Assembly: GCF_004010195.1 (NCBI RefSeq)
Contig: NC_057719.1
Location: forward strand, 15,806,844 to 15,870,843
DNA: 64,000 nt
Origin: Chiloscyllium plagiosum
Lineage: Eukaryota
Reading direction: 5' to 3'
Of the stretch, positions 1-10,840 are shown one piece after another. The notes under the pieces were generated by a model. That model had not been told where the DNA came from. It made no database searches and saw nothing but the letters and a program-made list of their open reading frames with translations. Each line of letters begins with the position of its first letter. Positions within the stretch are counted from its first letter, which is position 1. Position numbers and translations under genes: made by a program.

Positions 1-1006
1 CGAGACTCCCGATCCGGCTTGCATAGGATACTATCTGTCCCCCTAATTATAGAATCCCCTATAACCACTACTTGTCTATTAGCTCCCCCCTCTTGAATGG
101 CCTTCTGGACCATGGTGCCTTGGTCAGTTGGCTCATCCTGTCCAGAGCCCTTTTCCTCATCTGTACAGGGAGCAAGAATCTCGTACCTGTTGGACAATGT
201 CAAGGGCTGAGGCTCCTCCACTCCTGAACTCCGGTTCCCCCTACCTGCCTCATTTACAGTCACACTCTTTTGTGCCTGATCACTAGCTGAATGTGAATTA
301 CTTAATCTCCCAGGTGTGACTGCCTCCTGAAACAAAGTGTCCAGGTAACTCTCCCCCTCCCGGATGTGCCGCAGTGTTTGAAGCTCAGATTCCAGATCAT
401 CAACTCTGCTCTGGTGTTCTTCCAGCAACCAACACTTGCTGCAGATGTGGTCACTGCCGTTCACAATGGGATCAGCCAGCTCCCACATCATACAGCAACA
501 GCACATCACCTGCCCAGCCATCTCTGCTTAGTTAGTTAATTACTTACTTTGTACAAGTATGAGTTAGAATACCTTCTGATACCTCTCTGCTATAGTTTTT
601 TTTACCCTAAATAAGGACTTGATGTATACACACAAAAAAAAGAAGTAAATTTTTAACTAGTCCCTGGTAAAGAAATAAAAATCCTTACCTTAAAAGAAAA
701 AGCAGAGTAGTTAAGAAGGTTAGAGGAGGAGGAGGGTGGGTGGGAGATACTACAGGTGTAGAATCTCGGGTTTAGCCGCCTTCCTGACTTATATACTCAC
801 TTTTCCTTCCCGGCTGCCCCTCTGCTTGCCGTCACTTCCTCTGCTCCTCCCGCTCTTTCTGTGGAGAGAGTGTTTAAAAAAAAAAACACACCACTGCCCG
901 CTACAGGTAAGCAATTTTAAAACAAACTGTCTTACCTTTGCTGTAGTCTCCCGGGTTCGCTTTTACTTCGACGCTGCTCCCACTCAAATCCCTGCGACTC
1001 CAGTTT
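1..1006 (-). mobile_element. 5' end of a young CR1-clade LINE: 5'UTR plus open ORF1 (ATG at 521, runs off the window start)
   Basis: Minus-strand frame from 521 is stop-free: MAGQVMCCCC..ICSKC zinc finger, coiled coil, LSNRYEIL, VVVIGDSIIRG (GDSL esterase start); CpG-containing UTR. Confidence 0.85.
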
Positions 1007-1683
1007 TAGCATAACTCATATGATTTATTGGAAATGCTGTTTTGACCAACATAATTAAAAAGAGGTTTTTGACCCTTCCTAATAAAAGTCACCTTCACAG
1101 AACTGAAAACCGAAACCCTAATTACCTTGACTGTGGAGCCATAATAATAATATTTTACAAACATTCCGCATACAAAGAAAAAGTTACAATATATCGTGTA
1201 ATTTTGAAACTGAATTACTTGGTGACACTTCATTTGGATAGGTTGAGTAAAACAGTATGATCCTAGTAATGGTATAATTCAAGATTTAAAAACTGGGTGA
1301 AATCAAACAATAGATTTGTTTAAATAGTTGATAATGAATTGAGTTTCTATAGCACAGAAAAAGGCCCTTTGGGACCATCGAAGCTACACTTGTCAAAAGC
1401 ACTACTTAATGATTGTAATCTCACTTTCTAGCACTTGGCCCATAGTCTTGCATCACAAGTGTATATCTGGATATTTCTTCAATGTTGTTGGAGGGTGTCT
1501 GCCTCTACTACCCTTACAATTAGTAGTTCCAGTTTCCCATCACCCTTTGGGTGCAAAAGGTTTTCCTCACATCTCCTCTATGCATTCTGCCCCTTATTTT
1601 AAATTTTTGCCTCTAGTCATTGATCTCTCCACCAAGGGGAGATGTTCCTTCCCATATATCTTGACTATGTTCCTCATAATTCT

Positions 1684-2272
1684 ATATATGGTAAAAACGA
1701 GGACTGCAGATGCTGGAAACCAGAGTCTGGATTAGAGTAGTGCTGGAAAAGTACATCAGGTCAGGCAGCATCCAAGGAGCATTTGCTCGACATTTCGGGC
1801 AAAAGCCCTTCATCAGGAATAGAGGCAGTAAGCCTCCATGGCAGAGAGATAAATGAGAGTGGGGTGGGGGTNNNNNNNNNNNNNNNNNGGAGGGGAAATA
1901 AGGAAACTGGTGAAGTCCACCTTGATGCTATGGGGTTGAAGTGTTCCGAGGCGGAAGATGAGGCGTTCTTCCTCCAGGCGTTGGGTGGTGAGGGAGCGAC
2001 AGTGGAGGAGGTCCAGGACCTGCATGTCCTCAGCAGAGTGGGAGGAGGAGTTGAAGTGTTGGGCCACAGGGTGGTGGGGTTGATTGGTGCAGATGTCCCA
2101 GAGATGTTCCCTAAAGCGTACTGCGAGGAGGCGTACAGTCTCTCCAATGTGGAGACCGCATCGGGATGTATTCTCCTACTCCTCGGATATGCCTGACCTG
2201 CTGTGCTTTTCCAGCACCACTCTAATCCAGACTCGGGTTTCCAGCATCTGCAGTCCTCGTTTTTACCATATA
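1684..2272 (-). mobile_element. Penelope-like element 3' fragment (endonuclease C-terminus) with inverted pseudo-LTR copies at both ends
   Basis: HFNSSSHSAEDMQVL..EEERLIFRLGTLQPH; about 95-bp terminal inverted repeat (TATATGGTAAAAACGAGGACTGCAG... / ...CTGCAGTCCTCGTTTTTACCATATA). Confidence 0.85.
1787..1820 (-). ncRNA. Minimal hammerhead ribozyme motif, family A
   Basis: Minus strand: TTC-CTGATGA-AGGGC-TTTT-GCCC-GAAAT-GTC-GAG. Confidence 0.65.
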
Positions 2273-3096
2273 TAAAATTGTGAGGGATTGCATCTAGGAT
2301 ATATAATTTTATATATCTCAATTTCCTCCCTCCCCATCGACGACTCTGCTCCAACCTTTCTTTATACTTAAAACTCTGCAGCCCAGGCAATGTCCTGGTA
2401 AATTGCTCTGTACCCTCATCAGTGTAATCACTATTTCTGCTCCTTGAAATTGAAGAACTTTGAAAAAACATCCGCAGTAGGTTAAAAGTAACCTACCTCA
2501 TAACTAAGGGGAGTTAATGAACATATTATTGCTCGACTATTAATCCAGAAACTCAGCTCATGTTCTTGGTTTAAATGCTGCCATAGCAAAAGGTGGAATC
2601 TTTCTTTTCATCTTACATATACACTATGCCTCACAGTAAAGTTGAGAGAATAACCTACCTCCATGACTTGAATACTGCTGAACATATTGAGGTGACATGA
2701 CCATCGAATTAAATTTACCACTAGTTGCCTCTCTCTATTGAGAGAGCAGCCTTATGGTCCACTGGTACTATGGTGACTTTGCCTTCACCTTTACCACTTG
2801 AGAAATGCTAGATGTCTTAAATGTTGATCTAGCCTTAATATGTTTTAACATTTGGAGGGATATGGGCCAGAAATAGGCAGGTGGGACTTGTTTAGTTTGG
2901 GATTATGTTTGGCATGGATTGGTTGGACCAAAGGGTCTGTTTCCATGCTGTATGACTGTATGATATAATGCTTTGTCATCAATTTATATAAACTTATTTT
3001 TTGAAGGCATGTCATAGTGTTTTGCTGGTAACTGCTCAATCATACAATAACTTTTATTCCTTTTTTTTTTAAATTTCAGAAACTATTTCCAGCAGC

Positions 3097-3175
3097 ATGG
3101 AATGGATGCATATTGTAATCATCACGTTGATGAAACTATTGCTTTCTAACTCAGAACACATATTGAATTCTAAAT
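3097..3175 (+). CDS. CATSPERB: CATSPERB coding exon 1 (ATG, signal-peptide-like MEWMHIVIITLMKLLLSNSEHILNSK, phase-1 end); exon acceptor probably at 3079/3080
   Basis: Poly-T tract plus TTTCAG acceptor upstream; hydrophobic N-terminus. 26 codons + 1 nt places Cys35 and Cys60 at the same positions as in recalled human CATSPERB. Donor T|GTACAG is weak. Confidence 0.75.
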
Positions 3176-3336
3176 GTACAGTATAATTATTAGTCTATTT
3201 TAGTTCCATCTGGTAGTGTAATTTATCTGTGCATCTGTGTAGTACTTAAAATTTAAAAAGCAAAAGAAACTATTGGTCAATTTTGTTGTTTGACAAAATT
3301 TGAAGTATAGAGTCAATAATACATCAGACAACTATA

Positions 3337-3667
3337 GATTAGATTTTTTTTTTAGATTAGATTTCATTACAATGTGGAAACAGGCCCTTCGGCCCAACAA
3401 GTCCACACCGACCCGCCGAAGCACAACCCACCCATACCCCTACATTTACCCCTTACCTAACACTATGGGCAATTTAGCATGGCCAATTCACCTGACCTGC
3501 ACATCTTTGGACTGTAGGAGGAAACCGGAGCACCCGGAGGAAACCCACGCAGACACGGAGAGAACGTGCAAACGTGCACACAGTCAGTCGCCTGAGGCGG
3601 GAATTGAACCCGGGTCTCTGGCGCTGTGAGGCAGCAGTGCTAACCACTGTGCCACCGTGCCGCCCAC
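3337..3667 (-). mobile_element. HE1-type tRNA-derived SINE
   Basis: Minus head GTGGGCGGCACGGTGGCACAGTGGTTAGCACTGCTGCC with B-box GGTTCAATTCC; CR1-like tail ending in (TCTAA)n. Confidence 0.92.
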
Positions 3668-3914
3668 ACAGATTATACTTTAGCTTACAGAAAGTTCCAG
3701 TTGAATGTTATCCCATTTAATGTGTTTGCTTCAATATTGATTAGTTACATCAGGCAGGATTCTGATTAAGTCATATTTCCACAGATGGTAGCTTCATATC
3801 ATTGGCTCCTCAGCAAAGCACATGCCTGTTGTTCCTCTCCTATTGAGCAGGATTACAAATGCAACAAAACAGCCTCAGTAAGTTAACAGTAACCTACCTC
3901 ATAACTAAGAGGGG

Positions 3915-4275
3915 TTAATGACCCAGACGTATTATTGCTAGACTATTAATCCAGAAACTCAGCTCATGTTCTGGGGACCTAGGTTTAAATGCTGCCGTAG
4001 CAGAAGATGGAATTTGTATTCAATAAAAAATATCTAAAATTAAGAATCCACTGATGACCATGAAACCATTGTCAATTGTTGGTGGAAAAGCTATCGGGCT
4101 CACTAATGTCCTTCAGGGAAGGAAATCTGCCAGTTTCACCTGGTCTGGCCTATATGTGACTCCAGACCCATAGCAATGTGGTTGATCTGCAAGTGCCCTC
4201 TGGCCAATTCGGAATGGACAGTGAATGCTTACCTAGCCAGAGATGCCCACATCCTGCGATTGATTACAAAAAAAT
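3915..4275 (+). mobile_element. Older shark SINE-like repeat (family recurs at about 6715-7100, 11055-11370, 12780-13140, 33150-33460 and 44915-45070, all minus strand)
   Basis: Shared core CTAATGTCCTTCAGGGAAGGAAATCTGCC...GGCCTATATGTGACTCCAGACCC and degenerate tRNA-like head; multiple dispersed copies. Confidence 0.7.
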
Positions 4276-5734
4276 GTTAATGGAACCTGAAAACTTGTTG
4301 AATGTTGAGAGATCCATTTTTAATGGTATTTATTATATCTGAACAATCTGTGCCATTTTGACACAACCTTTCACACTCAACCTCTGAAGCTGAACCCCAC
4401 ACCTAATCTTCTGACTTGCAGCTGTTACCCATGGTGTATTGAAACCCAAGGCTGCACCAGCAAGCCTTCACCAACCTGGGGTCAGACTACTGCAGCATTC
4501 GCTACTTCACCTACTAACTGCCACTGTCCCAGACCAACCCCACCCCACAATGCATGACAGATTTACTTCTTCTCACTGGCCATGGGGTCCTAGCAAGTCC
4601 TTTAGAATAGAGTTCCATCACATTCTGTCCCTGCCAGGCAAAATCCAGCAACCTGTTTGCTCTGCCGTATCAGCTAAGAGTCATGATTTAGTACAAGAGC
4701 TGATTTGAACCCAGCCATGACAAACACCTAGAAGGAAAGGGCAGAAGGCCAAGAAGAGCAATCCCATCAAGAGTGTTGAGCACAAGGGGTGCTACAGCTC
4801 CCCATGTAAGATGTCAGCAGTCCACAAACAACAGGATCAGCAATGGCATGGGACCTGATCTGCAAAGATTACTTGGCACCATTCTGGGCAGTGCTCATAT
4901 TATAGGCTGCACTCTAGTTATAAACAATGATTACATTTGCTGATGTAGGAATTTAGCTTTTTAAAGTACTGTATTTCAGCTTACAAGCTACAGGCTTTGA
5001 TGGTTTTTTGGGGATTTGTTTTTCTGCAAAGGAAGGTCTTATGGAACCTAATGGCATTTTTAACTTCGGTTCCATGGGAGTCAGTACTTCACTTAAAGTT
5101 ATTTTACTTGAAATTGCAATTTTCAGAAATACAATCACAATTTTTTATTAGTCCCCTTATGTATGTCATTGTTTAATGTGTTAATTGGCATATATCATGG
5201 CAGAATATTATGATGAGTTTACAAGTGGAGTGACTATAAATTTTTGCATGTGGCCTTTCTGCACTCCACCATTCACTCCTGATCTGTTCACAATCTTAGA
5301 GTGATATTTAGGGTCAGCCCATCTACAGTTGTCCTATTTGAGGCCCATTAGTGGTCAGTTATTAAGGGCCATGTTCTAACTAATTGCAAACTTTTCACTA
5401 GCAGTGGAGGAAGTGGGGTGCACTTGGTTTACTGTCCCCTTTTCAAATTGGATATTCCTCCAGATTTTACATACTTGAAACATGCTTAACCTTGTCTTCA
5501 CAATCCCATTCCACTCAGTCTGTAGGCCTCCCCTCCAGTCTTCAGCACAGATCTCCAAATCTATGTGGTCTTGTGCACTAATGCACTTTAGACTAGTAGG
5601 GCTGCTTGTAATTCCAAGCTATTGCAGCCAGTTGTGCTGTTGAAATTCTACTGAACCACCCAATGCTGCGTGCCTTACGGAGGTTTAACACTCCGTGATA
5701 CATTTTTTGGTTGGAGCAGCTATTTTGCTCCTCA

Positions 5735-6115
5735 CTTGAGAGGATGACGTGATCAGATCCTGGATGTAGGTTTGCTTGTTGAGCTGGAAGGTTAATTTCC
5801 AGATGTTTCGTCACTCTACTAGGTAACATCTTCAGTGGGCCTCAGGTAAAGCACTGTACATGATTCCTGCTTTCTATTTATACGTTTGGGTTTCTTTGGG
5901 TTGGTGATGTCATTTCCTGTTTCTTTCTCAGGGTGGTAAATGGGGTCTAACTTGATGTGTTTGTTGATAGAGTTCTTGTTGAAATGTCATGCTTCTAGGA
6001 ATTCTCGTGCATGTCTCTGATTGGCTTGTCCTAAGATGGATGTGTTGTCCCCGTCGAAATGGTGTCCTTCCTTATCTGTATGTTAAGATGCTAGTGAGAG
6101 AGGGAGATACTAGTG
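5735..6115 (-). mobile_element. Penelope-like 3' fragment (same family as 42415-43680)
   Basis: Reverse complement matches the 3' part of the 42415-43680 element. Confidence 0.8.
5799..5838 (-). ncRNA. Minimal hammerhead ribozyme motif, family C
   Basis: Minus strand: CCA-CTGAAGA-T-GTTAC-CTAGTAGA-GTGAC-GAAAC-ATC-TGG; stem I CCA/TGG, stem II GTTAC/GTGAC. Confidence 0.7.
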
Positions 6116-7221
6116 ATCAGATCCTGCTGGCCATCCGTAGCAATCTATGACAAGGTTGCAAAGATGCAAAGTAATATAACTAGGTTAGTGACTAGACCAA
6201 AATAAAATTGACATTGAAATATAATGTAGTAAAATGTGAGATTTTTGTTTCTGCAAGTTAACAGATAGGTTTTTGTCTTATTTAAATTTCAACATTGATT
6301 TCACTGATTACAGCATTCAGACTTAGAGAGTCTTTCTTTACAATGCAGGGGTGCCGAATGGACCCTACAAACTAAGACTTCCACAGTTTACTGGTCCATA
6401 CTACTACATCAACACACTAAAATACTCAGGTTGCAGTTGTTTTTTAACATTTTTTTGTATATTCCTGAAAGAGTAAAACACCTATGTGTTTGTATTTTAG
6501 GACATAATTCACAGGAGATTGCTTTCTGCTGAGATGGGTAGTCAGTCGTTTATTATCTTTGAAACCAAAGGATCACAATCCAGTTTGTTTTGAATTGCAT
6601 CTCTCTCATTGTAGAGCTGTAGTTTTAAGTTCAGGTGTGACATTCTATAGTTCCTTTCAGGGTTCTGCCAGATCTTCACTAAATTTACATCTGCAGTCAT
6701 CTTCTGTTAAAGAGCGAAGGCAACATCCTTCAAGGGCTATGGGTGTCGCTAAGAAAGGCCACCATTTGTTGCCCATCCCAAACTACCATTGAGCTACATA
6801 GCCATTAGATCATTTCAGAGAGAGTTCAGTGTCAACCACATTGTTGTGGGTCTGGAGTACATGTAGGCCAAACATGTAGGCCCAAGTAAATTTTGTTCCC
6901 TCAAGATTATTGGTGAATTAGATAGGCTTTTATTAAAATAAATACATGGTCACAATTATGTGTGATTGAACTTCAGTTATTTTTTATTGAATTCAAAATT
7001 TACAGCTGACTAGGTGGTCTTCAAATCCGTGTCCTCAGAACATTGGTCTGGGACTTAGATTAGTAGTCCAGTGACATTACCTCCATACCCCCTACCTCCT
7101 TTAATCAGCCATGATCTTTTTGAATGACACTGTAGACCTACCCTTGTTTGTACTTTTTATGTTATGATCTTATGTGTTACCATGTGTAAAATTATAACCA
7201 CATTGTTTATTTATCTTTCAG

Positions 7222-7310
7222 TTAAAGACACAACAAGATTTAGATGTATAACAGAAAAAGGACACAATTTTACAGAAAGGATCAGAATGTACCTTTATTT
7301 AGAAAAATTG
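7222..7310 (+). CDS. CATSPERB: CATSPERB coding exon 2 ((F)KDTTRFRCITEKGHNFTERIRMYLYLEKL)
   Basis: TTTCAG acceptor, GTAAGT donor, 89 nt, phase 1 to 0; aligns with human RFACSNKG...IKLYLFLENL. Confidence 0.9.
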
Positions 7311-8344
7311 GTAAGTGATATGAACATAAGCTTGCTCTTGCTATTGTATTAATAGTTATATTGAAATCTGTTTCAAAAATGTGCCGTTGTTTCTATCTAT
7401 GTTTACTCGACACTAACTTTTCTCTCCTGTCTTAAATTGTACCTTAAAACATATTAATTAAGCTTTGATTTTATGAATTTGTGGTATTTCACGTGACTAA
7501 TTGTTAAATGTCTGATTACACATCTTTGAACTGGCTTGGGTACTACTTTGTGAAACATGCTCTATGAATGTTAATTTTCGTGCACAATTCCAACTTACAA
7601 TACAATAAACTGCTGAGAAAAAATGTATTATGCAACTAAATTTGTTGTTATCCGATGGCCAGGGTCACTATCTATGTGGGTCACTACCTGTGTGGCAGTT
7701 GTGGGACACCTCAGTAATATTAGTAGGAGATGACTTTTAAGTACCACTGCATGAATCAATTTTCTCCCCTCAAACTGTTTCATATCTTAAATTCTGTTTT
7801 CATGACTTTAATTAGGAAATGTGAAACTGTTAAAATCTCAGGATTGGACAATCTATTTGCTTTCTGTATTAGGAGTTTAGACTGACTTCTCACACTTTCG
7901 TATAGCAACCACTCCTACCTACCAGATGATCATGGCTAATTGAAGCTAATTGAATTCAATATGGTATTGAATATTCTTTCTGTTTGGTGAAGTGTAGGGT
8001 GGTAATTAATTTAGTAGACCGTTGCAAACAATCTCGTAAGTCACTCAGTTTGACTACTTCCATAATTTTGGCATTTTCTTGTCATGGTTCTGTTTGTCGG
8101 CACTTCTGAACTATGTACTAACATACATCAATATTGGGAGAGTCTTCTCCAAAACCCGAGTACCACAGTATAAAGGGGTCATTCTGGCTTGAAACATCTG
8201 AAGTAGGTGGGCTTTAAATATGGCACCAATGTCACTTCTTCCTGTCTGTCACACAAATCCCTGAGATTCAACATCTTGCTTGCATAATTAATGATGTCCC
8301 ACTTCAAAGAGTTGAAGCTGTCATTAAGACTGAATTGACCAAAG

Positions 8345-8715
8345 ATAGAGTCACAGAGATGTACAGCATGGAAACAGACCCTTCGGTCAACTCGTCCATG
8401 CTAACCAGATTAAGTTAATCTAGTCCTAATTGCCTGCACTTGGCCTATATCCCTGTACTCTGTTCATGTATCCATCCAGATCCCTTTTTAAATGTTATAT
8501 TTATACCAGCTGCCACCACTGCCCCGGCAGCTCATTCCATACAAACACCACCCTTTGCACGAAAAAGTTATCCCTTAGGTCTCTCTTTATATCTTTCCCC
8601 TCTCACCCTAAACCTAAACTCCCCCACCACAGGAAAAAGACCTTGTCTATTTACCCTATCCATGCCCCTCATGATTTTATAAACCTCTATAAGGTCACCT
8701 CTCAGCCTCTTACAA
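8345..8715 (-). mobile_element. CR1/HER1 3' end
   Basis: Canonical HER1 tail (AGAGTCACAGAGATGTACAGCATGGAAACAGACCCTTCGG) and ORF2 C-terminal remnant. Confidence 0.85.
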
Positions 8716-10584
8716 TATAATATTTGCTCAAGAAGATTAAAGTCATTGACAGAAAAAAAAGTATTATGACACTATATATATTGATTACCTAAGGGCCTGA
8801 GAGTGATGTGAGGTAACTATCTATGTGGGTCACGACCTGTGTGGCTTTTGTAGGGTTCCATTGTGATAATGAAAGGTTGTATGATTATTAAGCAACACTG
8901 ATCCTGTAAAGATAATTCTCAGGTCTATGTAAAAGACACAATGAAATAACAAACACCAACTTTTTAAAAATACTTTGGATAATTTTTAGTAAATATTTAA
9001 TAGTCAGGAATTTTAAATGCCTTGACAGCGCTCGTGTCAGTTTCCAATGAGGCTGACAATTCCAAAGAAATTTACAACTTAATCAGTTCATGCATTTTGC
9101 ATACACATTATTGTCTACATTTTACAATCTCAAATGTACCTGACTTCCTCAAAGGTGTCTTGAACTATGAATATAAGAATGCCTTTCAAGCTTCAAGGTA
9201 GCTCTTCAAGAGATTACTGTCCCTCACTAAAGAATACCAGCGGCATTTGACTTTCTCCTGGTTCCAAAGTGTACAAGTTGTGTTTTTGAACAGCCCAATA
9301 GTGAAAATGAGATCACTGTGAGGCAGCTGCACATTAACATGCAGTTACCTCTGTGAGCCTTGGACTTACAATTTAGAACTGCTCTCACTGCCATATTGAA
9401 ATTGGTTGCTGTCATTTTGGGGGCATCTCAGGACTTGAGATTCCTCCTCTGTGGTAGAGAGAATAAATACTTAAGATAGTGTTTTTCTGTGTCAATAGGT
9501 GGGCTGCTTTGTCTTTGTTAGAGTTGAAGGTAGTGAGTATCTTTTGAATTTCAGTCATCCATACTGATGGAAAGTATTCCATTATACTACTGTAACTTTA
9601 TAATAGAGGACAGGCTTTGGAAGGTCGGGAGTGAGTTAATTGCTAGAGAATGTTCATCATTAGTTGATCTTGTAAAGGTAGTGGTGAACAACCCTTCTTG
9701 AACCCCTGCAGTCCATTAGTTATCTAAGTGTATCCATTGTGGTTTTAGGGAGAGAGTTCTAGGATTTTGATCCAGTGACAGCAAAGGAATAGGTTGTCTA
9801 AATAAGTCTAAAATGCGCCTAAGGATAAGGAATGGCTTGGAGAAGAACCTTTGGTTTTAGGTGTTCCCAGATATCTGTTTCTCTTTTCCATCTCGATTTT
9901 GGTGGTTGAGTTTGGACAGTTCTGTCTAAGGAGCTTTGGTGAATTTTTTCACTACATCTTTTTAGAAGATACAGATTGCTGTTACTCTGCGTTGGTGGAA
10001 GAGGGAAAGAATGTTTGTGGATGTGGTGCTAATCAAGCAGGCTACTTTGAGTTTAATGTTGTCTAGCTTCTTGACTGTTGTAGAAATCTCATTCATTTAA
10101 GCAAGTGGGAACATTCCATCACCGTCCATACTTGTATCTTGTAGATGGTGGACAGGCTTTAAGGAGTCAGGAGGTGAGTTCCTTGCTTCAGGACATCTAG
10201 TCTGTGCTGGGCTTGTAGACACAGTGTTTATATGGCACATCCAGTTTTTTTTCTGGTTAATAGTAACCCCAAGAATGTTGATATTGAATGTTAAGCTCAT
10301 TGACCCATAGACTCTCGCTTGTTGAAAATGGTCATTGCCTGGTGCTTGCGTGGCATAAATGTTATTTACCAGTTGTGACTCTGAACATGGATATTGTATT
10401 ACTACATTTGAAAGTGGACTGTTTCAGCATTTGAGCAGTTGCAGATCATGAAGACTATCATGTAATCATCAGCCTACATCACCTATACTGACCTTATATT
10501 TTAGGAAAAGTCATTGATGATGCAGCTGAAGATGGTTGGATCTCGAACACTATTTGGAGGAGCGCCTGCAAATATTTTCTTGAA

Positions 10585-10840
10585 CAAAAATCACATAACC
10601 CAAGTTATAGTCCCAACAGGAGATTTGAAAACACAAGCTTTCAGAGTGCTGTTCCTTCATTAGGTGCTAGTAAAAGAGGAAGACCTTAGCCTAAATTCTG
10701 TGTCTAAGTTCGTTCTCTCTCACTAGCACCTGATGAACGAGCAGTACTCTGAAAGCTAGTGTTTTCAAATAAACCCGTTGGACTATAACCTGGTGTTGTA
10801 TGATTTTTGATCTTGTCCAATACCGGCACCTCTACATCAA
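10585..10840. mobile_element. Fold-back Penelope terminus (family B); two inverted arms of about 100 bp, each with a hammerhead motif
   Basis: Arms at about 10586-10682 and 10713-10809 are reverse complements. Confidence 0.75.
10727..10761 (+). ncRNA. Minimal hammerhead ribozyme motif, family B
   Basis: CAC-CTGATGA-AC-GAG-CAGTA-CTC-T-GAAAGCTA-GTG; stem I CAC/GTG; palindromic AGCT at stem III. Confidence 0.6.

Larger units (their letters stand above)
1335..2432 (-). mobile_element. Decayed CR1 3' end interrupted by a Penelope insert
   Basis: Typical CR1/HER1 3' sequence on both sides of 1684-2272; minus translation EQFTRTLPGLQSFKYKERL. Confidence 0.7.

Noticed and set aside
3080..3149. Alternative frame NYFQQHGMDAYCNHHVDETIAF* as the last exon of another gene
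   Set aside because: The overlapping ATG frame matches CATSPERB in length, phase and character; no upstream partner exons are seen.
3595..3667. tRNA gene-like sequence
   Set aside because: It is the tRNA-derived head of an HE1 SINE, repeated several times in the window.
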